Assembly: GCA_963666565.1 (NCBI GenBank)
Contig: OY762911.1
Location: forward strand, 1,951,497 to 2,015,496
Source: Thermoanaerobaculia bacterium
Lineage (GTDB): Bacteria; Acidobacteriota; Thermoanaerobaculia; Multivoradales; Multivoraceae
DNA: 64,000 nt
Direction: 5' to 3'
In this document: piece by piece, positions 47,911 to 56,705 of the stretch
Layout of the letters: each line of letters starts with the position of its first letter
How positions within the stretch are numbered: position 1 is the stretch's first letter
The notes under the pieces: model-generated
The model's input: the letters and a program-made list of their open reading frames with translations, nothing else
Told to the model about the DNA's origin: nothing
Databases searched by the model: none
Made by a program: the position numbers and the translations under genes

Positions 47911-48260
47911 TTCAGTCGGCTCGCTCGGCGGGCGGAGGCGTCATCTGTCGCCGCGGACCCAGTCCAGCAGCGCCATGACTTCGCGTGCGGCAACCGGTGC
48001 TCCTTTGGCGGTCGCGTGTAGACGACGGCGGCGTTTGGCTTGCCGAGACGGACCTCGCCTGCCTGCGCCTGCCGGATCAACTCGGCGTCGGGGTCGGGCG
48101 GCTCGGCTGGCCAGTGCTCGGCTTCGTATGCCTCGACGAGGGCGACGAGGACTTCGAGTTCGTCTCCCTCGGGCGTGCCCGGCGCGGCGCCCATCAGACG
48201 GTCGACGGCCTTCAGTGCCTCCTCGTAGTCCCTCTCGTTCCTGATCGCCTTGATCTTCAA
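47892..48260 (-). pseudogene. HigA-like antitoxin N-terminal fragment (HTH region not recognisable); overlaps the hsdM start by 19 nt
   Basis: The first ~55 aa (MKIKAIRNERDYEEALKAVDRLMGAAPGTPEGDELEVLVALVEAYEAEHWP) match the conserved N-terminal region of HigA-type antitoxins. The remainder lacks the expected HTH. Confidence 0.35.
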
Positions 48261-48317
48261 GTTGGCCTCCCGACTCGTCTGGCTGGACGGGATGCGTGGG
48301 GCGTGAGTCTACGGCGT

Positions 48318-49526
48318 CTACTCGTCGTCGCCGCGGGTCACCGCGTCGACCGTCGTTGCGGCGGACATGTGGCCGATGACGTTCGCGGCGGTGCGGAACA
48401 CGTCCGGTATGCGATCGACGCCCAGCAGGATGCCGAGGCCCGCCAGCGGCACGCCCACGACGTCGAGCGCGGGCGCCATCGAGACGATGCTGGCGCTGGG
48501 CACCGGAGCGACGGTCATCGAGGCGAGGAAGAGCGCCAGCACGGCCGCGGCGATCAGCCCGGCGTCGAGCGGCACGCCGTACATGGCGGCGAGGAAGACC
48601 AGCGAGGCGCTCTGGAACAGGGCACTGCCGGGCCGGTTGATCGACGCCGCCAGCGGCAGGATCAGCGTGTAGTTCCGCTCGGAGAGGCCGAGCTTCTTCG
48701 CTTCCTGGAGCATCATCGGCAGGGTTCCGACGGATGTCGTCGTGGTGAAGCCGACGGTGTACGTGCCGACGGTTGCCCGGATGAAGCGGGCTGGCGGTAC
48801 GCCGCCGACGAACCAGACCAGGGGCAGCAGGACGAGGCCCTTCAGGAGGAAGAGCCCGACGACGACGGCGACGATGAAGACGGCAAGGTTCTGCAGCATC
48901 GCCATGCCCGTCTGCGCGATGACCGGCGCCGCGAGACCGAAGACGCCCACGGGCGCAGTCCAGAGGATCCAGGTCATCAGCTTGATGAGCGCATCCCCGA
49001 CCGTCTCCGCGAACGAGGTGAGCGTCTCCCTATTCTCGCGCGGCAGGGTTGTCGTCGCGGCGGCCAGGAGGACGACGAAGATGAGCAGGGAGAGCAGGTT
49101 GCCGTCGGCGGCGGCCTCAACCGGATTCCGCGGCACGAGGTTGACCAGGAAGTCGACGACGCTGGGCGCCGTCGTATCCAGGGTCTCCGACGACGTGGGC
49201 GGTGCCGTCGGAGCCGTAAAGGTAAGGGCGAAGCCCATCACGCCCATCCCGATCAGGATCGCCGGCAGCGTTGTTGCCCAGAAGAAGCCCACCGCCAGAC
49301 CGCCGAGCCGGCCGAGCTTGCGCAGTTCGCCGATCCGGCTCACGCCAACGAAGACGACCGCCGCCACGAGCGGGATGACGACCATCCGGATCGCCCGCAG
49401 GAAGACCTGACCGAGGGGCTCGACCGCCTCGGCGGCCCGCAGCAGCGCCGGAGATCCCGTCGCGGACGCCACGATGCCGAGACCGAGCCCGAGCGCCAGC
49501 CCGATGAGAATGGCGCGTGTGTTCAC
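48318..49526 (-). CDS. Dicarboxylate/amino acid:cation symporter (DAACS) family transporter
   Basis: Multi-TM protein with hairpin-loop motifs (SSSxT-like TTTSVGTLP) characteristic of GltP/DctA-type transporters. Confidence 0.8.
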   Translation of the reverse strand: MNTRAILIGLALGLGLGIVASATGSPALLRAAEAVEPLGQVFLRAIRMVVIPLVAAVVFVGVSRIGELRKLGRLGGLAVGFFWATTLPAILIGMGVMGFALTFTAPTAPPTSSETLDTTAPSVVDFLVNLVPRNPVEAAADGNLLSLLIFVVLLAAATTTLPRENRETLTSFAETVGDALIKLMTWILWTAPVGVFGLAAPVIAQTGMAMLQNLAVFIVAVVVGLFLLKGLVLLPLVWFVGGVPPARFIRATVGTYTVGFTTTTSVGTLPMMLQEAKKLGLSERNYTLILPLAASINRPGSALFQSASLVFLAAMYGVPLDAGLIAAAVLALFLASMTVAPVPSASIVSMAPALDVVGVPLAGLGILLGVDRIPDVFRTAANVIGHMSAATTVDAVTRGDDE

Positions 49527-49586
49527 GGAGATCCCCGGCGTCCTCTGGCTATCGCCAGGCCACGTCGACCGGCCAGGACGACGGGC

Positions 49587-51041
49587 CTACGCCCACAGGC
49601 CCCGGATCACCTCGCCCTTGACCAGCTCCCTCGGCTGGTCGAGGTGATTCAGGATCTCCATCGCCGGGTCGATGCCCAGCGTGTGGTACACCGTCGCCAG
49701 CAGGTCGTTCGGGTGGACGGGCTTCTCGCGCGGGGCCGAGCCGGTCTCGTCGGACTCGCCGTAGAGCTGGCCGCGGGAGACGCCGGCGCCGGCGACCATC
49801 GCGGTGTAGCAGTAGGGCCAGTGATCGCGGCCGTCGGGGGAGTTGCTGTTGCCGGAGGTGCTGACGCCGAGCCTCGGCGAACGCCCGAACTCGCCGACGG
49901 CGACGACGAGGGTCTCGTCGAGCAGGCCGCGGTCGTCCATGTCGGAGAGAAGGGCCGACAGCGCCCGGTCGAGGACGGGGCAGTGCAGGTTCTTGAGCGG
50001 CCCGAAGTTCGCGGCGTGCGTGTCCCAGGAGTCGACTTCGGGGTTGCCGTTGGCGACCGCCGGCCAGTTGAGCTGGACGAAGCGGGTGCCGGCCTCGATC
50101 AGCCGCCGGGCCATCAGCGCGCCCTGGCCGAAGGTGTTCTTGCCGTAGCGCTCGCGCATGTCGTCGCTCTCGTTCGAGAGGTCGAAGGCCTGCCGCGCCT
50201 TGCCGGAGAGGACGAGGTCGTAGGCCTTCTCGTAGTACTCGTCGAGCGCGGAGTCGGCGACGGCCTTCTCGAGCTCGGGCATCGAGGCGTTCAGCCCCTT
50301 GCGGAGCTCGAAGCGGCCGGCGAGGCGCTCCGGCGAGGTCTCTTCGCGCAGTTCCAGGTCGCTGAGCTCGATCGGCTGGTTCGGGTCCTGGTAGAGCCGG
50401 TACGGGTCGTAGGCCCTGCCCAGGAAGCCGGCGGCGCCGCCCTTGCCGATCACGTTCGACTCCTGGAGCGGCCGCGGCATCTCGACGAAGGGGAGCATCG
50501 CGTCGTCGAGGGGCTTGAGCTTCGAGACGTGCGAGCCGGCGGTGGGGAAGTCGGCCGGCGTCGGCGGTTCGAGCTGGCCCGAGGGCGAGACGCGGTCCGG
50601 CGGATAGCCGGTCAGCATCTGGTAGATCGCGGCGGTGTGGTTGAAGAGGCCCTTCGGCGTGTAGCTCATCGAGCGGATGAGGGTGCACCGGTGGACCTGT
50701 TCGGCCAGCAGCGGCATGGTCTCGGAGAGCCGGATGCCGTCGACGTTCGTGTCGATGGCGCCGAACTCGCCGCGGATGTTGGACGGCGCGTCGGGCTTCG
50801 GGTCCCAGATGTCGATGTGGCTCGGGCCGCCCTGGAGGAAGAGGAGGATGACGGACTTCGCGCTGCCGAAGCCCTTGCCGCCGGCGAGAGCGTCGGCTGC
50901 CGCGGTGGCGGCGTGGGCGTCGCGGAGCGCGAGCGCCTGGCTCAGCGAGATGCCGAAGATGCCGAGCGAGCCGACGCGGAGGAACTCGCGTCGGGTCGGG
51001 CCGTCGCAGGTGTGGCCGGATTGTCCTGGAATGACGAGCAT
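49587..51041 (-). CDS. DUF1501 (sulfatase-like) protein with a Tat signal peptide
   Basis: Twin-arginine motif TRREFLRVGSLG, the DUF1501 hallmark LFLQGGPSHIDIWDPKP, and a C-terminal GEFGRSP region. ATG at 51041; the track ORF reads on through the REP array. Confidence 0.8.
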   Translation of the reverse strand: MLVIPGQSGHTCDGPTRREFLRVGSLGIFGISLSQALALRDAHAATAAADALAGGKGFGSAKSVILLFLQGGPSHIDIWDPKPDAPSNIRGEFGAIDTNVDGIRLSETMPLLAEQVHRCTLIRSMSYTPKGLFNHTAAIYQMLTGYPPDRVSPSGQLEPPTPADFPTAGSHVSKLKPLDDAMLPFVEMPRPLQESNVIGKGGAAGFLGRAYDPYRLYQDPNQPIELSDLELREETSPERLAGRFELRKGLNASMPELEKAVADSALDEYYEKAYDLVLSGKARQAFDLSNESDDMRERYGKNTFGQGALMARRLIEAGTRFVQLNWPAVANGNPEVDSWDTHAANFGPLKNLHCPVLDRALSALLSDMDDRGLLDETLVVAVGEFGRSPRLGVSTSGNSNSPDGRDHWPYCYTAMVAGAGVSRGQLYGESDETGSAPREKPVHPNDLLATVYHTLGIDPAMEILNHLDQPRELVKGEVIRGLWA

Positions 51042-51083
51042 GGTTGGGCTCCTTAGGCTGGCTGACTGGCTCGCCGCTTCGCG

Positions 51084-51262
51084 GCTTCGCGCTCGATGCG
51101 GGTCGGAAGACCCGCGCACCCGGTATTCGGCTTCGCGCTCGATGCGGGTCGGAAGACCCGCGCACCCGGTATTCGGCTTCGCGCTTGGTGCGGGTCGGAA
51201 GACCCGCGCACCCGGTATTCGGCTTCGCGCTTGGTGCGGGTCGGAAGACCCGCGCACCCAGC
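51084..51262. repeat. Tandem array of four 47-bp REP units (cggtattcggcttcgcgctYgRtgcgggtcggaagacccgcgcacc)
   Basis: Direct reading: four head-to-tail units, each containing the GCGGGTCGGAAGACCCGC hairpin, with essentially identical 23-bp linkers. Confidence 0.9.
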
Positions 51263-51331
51263 GGCCGGTGCACCGACAGTCGGGCGGGTTCTGGCTTGCC
51301 GTCTTGCCTCTGGTTTCTCCGGTGGAGTCTC

Positions 51332-53533
51332 CTACGAGTTGAACAGGAAGGCGTTCGAGTTGAGCAGCGCCCACATCAGGTCCTGGGCGCCGGCGGTGCG
51401 GCTATCCGCGGCCTCGAAGTGGCCTTCGGCGAGGGCGGCCTCGTCGTCGGTGGGGTAGCGGCCGAGGGCGGCGAGGTAGAGCTCGGCGATCAGTTCCTCG
51501 TTGTCGTGGCCCGACAGGACGAGGTTCGCCACCCGGCCCTCGGGGTCGGCGATCGCGTCGGCAATGACGGAACCGTTCAGCAGGCTCAGCGCTTGGGGCA
51601 GGCTCATTTCCGTCTTCCGCTCGCACTCGCAGGCGGTCTCGCGGTCGGGCTTGCCGAACAGGTCGAGGAAGCCCTCGATCCCCATGCTCGCGGTCATCAC
51701 GTGCGGGTCGGGCAGGGCGGTGGCGTCGAAGTCGTCGGGCAGGGTGTCGATCTCGAACGGCGAACCCGTCGCGCGGGCGACGGCGTCGGCCAGTTGCTCG
51801 GCGCTCAGCCGGCGCGGTTCGTGGCGGGAGAAGTTGATCCGGTCGTCGCGGTTCCAGTCGTTCGCGAGGAAGGACGACTGGTAGGCCCGGGAGGTGGCGA
51901 TCGTGCGCATCAGGTGGCGGAGGTCGAAGCCGTTCTCGATCAGGTCGGCGGTCAGCGCGTTCAGGAGCGCCGCGTTGACCGGCTGGTTCGAGGCGCGGAT
52001 GTCGTCGACCGGGTCGATGATCCCGCGGCCCATGAAGTAGCTCCAGACGCGGTTCGCGATCGCCGGGGCGAAGTAGGGGTTGTTTGGCGAGGTCAGCCAG
52101 TCGGCCAGCGCGGCCCGGCGCCCGGAGCCGTTGCCCGGTTCCGGTGCGCCCTCGACCGGCACCAGATACCTGGGCGGCACGACGGCGTTCGTCTTCGGGT
52201 GCAACTGCTCCGCATCGCGGCGCTTGTCGAAGACGATCTCCTCGCCGGTGCGGAAGCCGGGCCGGACGCCGAGGCCGGCGAAGAAGGCGGTCATCTCGTA
52301 GTACTGGTTCTGGGTCCAGCGTTCGAACGGGTGGTCGTGGCACTGGGCGCAGACCATCCGCACGCCCATGAAGAGCTGCGTGGTGGTCTCCATCGCCTCC
52401 TTCGGATCGCGGGCGGCGCGGTAGTAGCTGGCGGCCGGCTCATCGAGCGTGCTGCCGGAGGCCGTGACCAGTTCGCGGACGAGCCGGTCGTACGGCCGGT
52501 TCTCCTCGATCGCCTGCCGAAGCCAGTCGCGGAAGGTGAGCATCCCCTTGTAGCTCATGAACTTCCGGTTGCTGCGCAGCAGGTCGCCCCACTTGAGCGT
52601 CCAGTGGTCGACGTAGGCGTCGCTGGCGATCAACTCGTCGACGAGGCGGCTCCGCTTTTGCTGCGTCGGCGCGTCGTCGGCGAGGAAGCTGCGCGCCCGC
52701 TCCGGGGTCGGAATCCGGCCCGTGAGGTCGAGCGAGGCGCGGCGCAGGAAGGCGGCGTCGTCCACCGGCGGCGAGGGCAGCACCTCGATCCGCCGGAGCT
52801 TCGCGTCGATCAGTTCGTCGATGTAGTTGACCTGGGGCAGGGCGGTCCACTCGAAGCCCTCGCGGCCGCTGAGCACGGTGGCGGGCGCCGCGGCGAACCG
52901 GCCCTCGTAGCGGACGAGCAGCGTGCTCTCGCCGCGCCGCAGTCCCTCGGCGACCGGGCCGGCCGGCGTGTCCTCGATCGCCATCGTCTCCGTGTTGCTG
53001 CTGGTGACGTGGGCCTCGCGGGTGGCGTCGCGGCTCTCGCCGTCGCCGTAGTGCGCGATGACGGTCGTCTGCTGGCGCATCCCCGGCCGGCGCATGAAGA
53101 CCTCGGCCGGCCGGACCTCGAGGCGTTCGACCCGGTCGAGCTTCGGGTCGCCGTAGGGCACGCCCGCCTTGATCCAGTCGAGGATGAGGTTGTAGTAGCG
53201 GCCGCCGTGCTCCAGGCGCAGGCCGCCCTCGTGCGGGACCTGCATCGTCGGCTTGGCGAGCATCAGGGAGCGCTCGGGGTCGGCGCGGTTGAAGCGGCGG
53301 CCGGACATGTCGTAGAGGAGCGACTGGTAGTCGAACTCCGGGTCGTAACCGCGCAGCGAGAGCTTGAAGCCGTTCTTGCCCTTGGCTGCGCCGTGGCAGG
53401 TGCCGTTGGAGCAGCCGATCTTGTTCATGGCGGGAAGGACGTCGCGGATGAAGGTGACGCGTTCGGCGGCGTCGGTCGCGGCGTTCGTGGGGGCACCGGG
53501 GACGATGGCCGCGAGCGTGAGTGCGAGGATCAC
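51332..53533 (-). CDS. PSCyt/PSD1 family protein (DUF1549 + DUF1553), partner of DUF1501
   Basis: Cytochrome-c-like CxxCH (GCSNGTCHG), the DUF1549 motif (CAQCHDHPFERW) and DUF1553 C-terminal region. The start is ambiguous: GTG at 53533 (signal-peptide-like ILALTLAAIVPGA), or ATG at 53720 if translation reads through the MITE. Confidence 0.7.
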   Translation of the reverse strand: MILALTLAAIVPGAPTNAATDAAERVTFIRDVLPAMNKIGCSNGTCHGAAKGKNGFKLSLRGYDPEFDYQSLLYDMSGRRFNRADPERSLMLAKPTMQVPHEGGLRLEHGGRYYNLILDWIKAGVPYGDPKLDRVERLEVRPAEVFMRRPGMRQQTTVIAHYGDGESRDATREAHVTSSNTETMAIEDTPAGPVAEGLRRGESTLLVRYEGRFAAAPATVLSGREGFEWTALPQVNYIDELIDAKLRRIEVLPSPPVDDAAFLRRASLDLTGRIPTPERARSFLADDAPTQQKRSRLVDELIASDAYVDHWTLKWGDLLRSNRKFMSYKGMLTFRDWLRQAIEENRPYDRLVRELVTASGSTLDEPAASYYRAARDPKEAMETTTQLFMGVRMVCAQCHDHPFERWTQNQYYEMTAFFAGLGVRPGFRTGEEIVFDKRRDAEQLHPKTNAVVPPRYLVPVEGAPEPGNGSGRRAALADWLTSPNNPYFAPAIANRVWSYFMGRGIIDPVDDIRASNQPVNAALLNALTADLIENGFDLRHLMRTIATSRAYQSSFLANDWNRDDRINFSRHEPRRLSAEQLADAVARATGSPFEIDTLPDDFDATALPDPHVMTASMGIEGFLDLFGKPDRETACECERKTEMSLPQALSLLNGSVIADAIADPEGRVANLVLSGHDNEELIAELYLAALGRYPTDDEAALAEGHFEAADSRTAGAQDLMWALLNSNAFLFNS

Positions 53534-53567
53534 GACTGGGACCGCGCCCCAACGTCGGCGATCTGCT

Positions 53568-53704
53568 GGGTGCGCGGGTCCTCTGACCCGCTGCCGCCGA
53601 AGGCGGCTTTCAAAGTGGTCGCCGGCCTTTGGCCGGCGGCTGTTCCGTTCGGTCGCCGTCGCTTCGCGCCGCCGCCCCGAGCGGGTCGGAAGACCCGCGC
53701 ACCC
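53568..53704. repeat. MITE/REP-like element, full copy (137 bp)
   Basis: Left TIR at 53568-53591 and right TIR at 53681-53704. Confidence 0.85.
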
Positions 53705-53715
53705 AGTGGGGAACT

Positions 53716-56414
53716 TCATCTGCCTTTGACCTCCATTCGCGCTGGCACCGGAACCGTAGTGTAGGCGGCGCGGACTTCCCGTTCGCCGGCCAGCCAGGAC
53801 GACGACGCGATCAGGATGTCGTAGTCGCCCGGTTCCACGGCGTCCGTCGCTTCGCAGGCGAGACGGAACGTGCCGTCGTCGTCGGGCTCGATTTCGGTGC
53901 TGTCGCAGACGACGCCGGTGGGCAGGGCGTCGGCGCGAAGTTCCACCGGTTGCCGGAAGCTCTCTTCCCGATGCAGGACGCCCTCGACGGCGCCCTTCCG
54001 GCCGGACCGAACGCTCGCCTTGCCGACTTCGATGCGGTAGCCCGCGACGATCTCGAGCGTCACGCCGGGCGTGTAGAGCCGCTCGGGGCGGCCGCCCACG
54101 GTGACCTCGCCGGTGAGCGTCACGGTGTAGCGGTCGAGTTGGGTGCCGTCGCTGCTGCGGATCAGCTTGCTGCCCTCGGGCTTGTTGTAGTCGGTCTTCT
54201 CGGTCGTCTCGACGCGGAACTCGCCCACGCCCACGCCGATCAGGGCAGTGACGACCGTGGGCGGCTTCACCGGGACGTCCTCGCCCGGCGGCGCCTCGAA
54301 CTTCCACCCGAAGTCGAACGGCATGCCCTTGACCAGCCGGACGGTCTCCGGCGGCGTGCCGATCAGGCGCGGCCCGGCACGCCCGGTGAGCAGCACCGGC
54401 AGGCGGGTCTCCAGCCAGGGGGCGTTGAACGACCGCTCGGCCTCCGTCGTGTAGCTGCGGCCGTCGCCGGCGCGCACGCTGGTCACGCTTCCCGGCACGG
54501 TCGCCCGGCGGCGGATCACGGTGCCGTCCTCAAGCACGCCTTCGCCCCAGATCTCCAGGTCGAAGCGCTGGCGCTGAGCGTCGCGGTCGGCAGTGACCAG
54601 AATCCGGCCCGAGCGCGCCAGCGTGCGCGTGTCGAGGTCGCGCACCTCGCTGGTGATCCAGCCGGCCCGAGCCTCGATGCCGGGGGGCGGTCCCTCGACG
54701 TAGAGGCGGATCGGACCGAGATAGCCGCGGCGCACCGCGCCGACCTCGATCGGCTTCGAGGCGCCGTTGTTCAGAGTGAGTTGCGCCGTGCTCAGGCGCA
54801 ACGCGAAGTCGGGGCCGTTCGGGCTGGCCGTCAGCCGGTAGCCGAAGCGCGGCCCGCCGCGCCCGACGAGATCCTCGACCGTCACGTGCAGTTCGCCCAC
54901 CCCTTCCGGCGCCTCGACGAGGACCCAGGGGTCGAAGGACGTGGCCGTCGGCGACAGCAGCCGGAACGTGTCGGGGTCCGGGATGTCGTCGCCGGAAGAG
55001 GCCAGATACTCGCCGTCCGGGGTCGTGACGGTCAGCACGCCGAACAGGTCGGACGCGCCGAGCGCCGTTCCCTCGACCTCGATCAGCAGCCGCCGGCCCG
55101 GCTCGGCGGCGAGCCGGTAGCGGTCCACTTCGCCGGCCTGGTCGATCCGCCCGTTGACGACGACCGGCGCGGTCAGGGCCCTGGCCGGGTCGGCGTCGCG
55201 TTCGCGGACTTCCGGGAGATCGCCGACCACGATGGGGAAGGGCAGGGCGGAACTCCTGGCGGCCGCGCCGGCCGCCGGCCCGACGACGTCGAAACGGGTC
55301 GCCGTGGACGCCGTGTGATGCACTTTCCGTGTCGCCGTGGATGCGGTGTGGCTCACCGTCCGGCCAGCCGTCGCGGTGGCGCCCGCGCTCGTCCCGCGGT
55401 CGCCCGTCACCCCTGCGGTGCCAGTAGAGAACTCCGCCGCCTGCGCCGCCCCTTCTCTGGGTGCGCGGACCTTCTGGTCCGCATCAGGCGCGATGCCGCG
55501 AAGCGGCGAGCCCGAATCTCCGGCCGCGACGGTGCCGCCCGACAGCTCGAACCGCGTCTCCTCGCCGCGGCGCACGCCGAGCGGGAAGATCGCGTCGGCG
55601 TAGTCGTAGTCCGCGGCCGCGATCAGCTTGAGACGGTAGAAGTTCCGCCGCTGGTCGCTGAACCGGGCGTCGTGGGCCTCGACGACGTACTCGCCGGCCT
55701 TGGCCGGTTTCCAGTCGAGGCGGGCATCGACGTCGATGCCGCGCCCCTCCTGGTTGAAGGCGAGCTCCCGGCCGTCGCCGTCGAGCAGCCGGAGCGCCGG
55801 ATCGATCGCCGAGCCGACGCGCCGGGCCTCGACCTCCAGGACGATCCGCTCGCCCGCACGCGCCTGGAACCGGTATCGGTCGCGCTCGGCGCCGTCCAGC
55901 GTGCCATTGACCACGACCGGCAGCGCATCGATTCGCGGCGCGCCAAGGGCGCCGCCCGCGGCCCGCTCGAACGCTGCGCGGGCGTTAGCGCCCGTGGCTG
56001 GCTCGAACGCGGCGCGAGCGTTATCGCCGGCGGCTGGCTCGAACGCGGCGCGAGCGCTATCGCCCGCGGCTGGCCGGGACGTGCCGGCGCCGCCGGCACG
56101 CAGGTCGCGCTCGGCGACCTCGGGCACCGTGTCCACCCGGAACAGCAGCGCGTTCGACAGGCCGTCGCCGCTCGTGGCGCGCAGCGGGTAGAGGCCCGGC
56201 GCCGCGTCCGCGTCGATCTCCACCAGGAAGACGGCCGCCTGGAGGTTGCGGTCGTTCGGCCGCCGCTGCTTCTGCAGCCGGTCCTCGTCGGCGGCCTCGC
56301 CGAGCCGGGCGAAGGAGCCCGGCAGCGTGCTCTCGATCTCCAGATCGCCCGCGACGCCGTAGCCCTCGACGACGAGCCGCAAGGCCCGCCCCTGCTGGCC
56401 GCCGTGCGGATGCA
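53716..56414 (-). CDS. Large secreted repeat protein with pre-peptidase C-terminal (PPC)-like domains (Planctomycete-type)
   Basis: Repeated VVNG(T/R)ID...(D/E)RDRYRF motifs typical of PPC / bacterial pre-peptidase domains. Carries an internal 36-bp x3 tandem repeat (AAGDSARAAFEP). The start is ambiguous: ATG at 56414 (MHPHGG), or an upstream ATG at 56709 that reads through the MITE. Confidence 0.55.
55964..56072. repeat. 36-bp x3 in-frame tandem repeat inside the PPC-domain CDS
   Basis: gctcgaacgcggcgcgagcg.tatcgcc.gcggctg occurs three times and encodes a 12-aa unit. Confidence 0.75.
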
Positions 56415-56484
56415 TGTCGACGAGATTCGGCGGCGGCGCCGCGGCAGCGGCCGTGGCGGCGGCCAGGATGCCGACGAGCGCGCT

Positions 56485-56669
56485 GGGTGCGCGGGTCTTC
56501 CGACCCGCTGCCGCCGAAGGCGGCCAGGCAAACGTGCCGGCTGGAGGCCGCCGCCGCCGTGGCCGGCGCTCCGTTTGGCGCGATCGCCGGCCTGTGGCCG
56601 GCGGCCCTGTCGTTCGGGCTGCGTCGCTCCGCTGCTCCGCCCGCGGGCGGGTCGGAAGACCCGCGCACC
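56485..56669. repeat. MITE/REP-like element, full copy (185 bp)
   Basis: Left TIR at 56485-56508 and right TIR at 56646-56669. Confidence 0.85.
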
Positions 56670-56705
56670 CAGCGGACGGCCGGATCCATGCGAGCCCATT
56701 GCCGT

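Noticed and set aside
47985-51056. 1023-aa plus-strand ORF
   Set aside because: Antisense to the DAACS transporter and the DUF1501 gene. Low-complexity translation.
51084-51262. Possible CRISPR array (regular 47-bp periodicity of a palindromic repeat)
   Set aside because: The 23-bp linkers are essentially identical rather than unique spacers, the repeat is the same hairpin found as solo REP/MITE units elsewhere, and there are no cas genes in the window.
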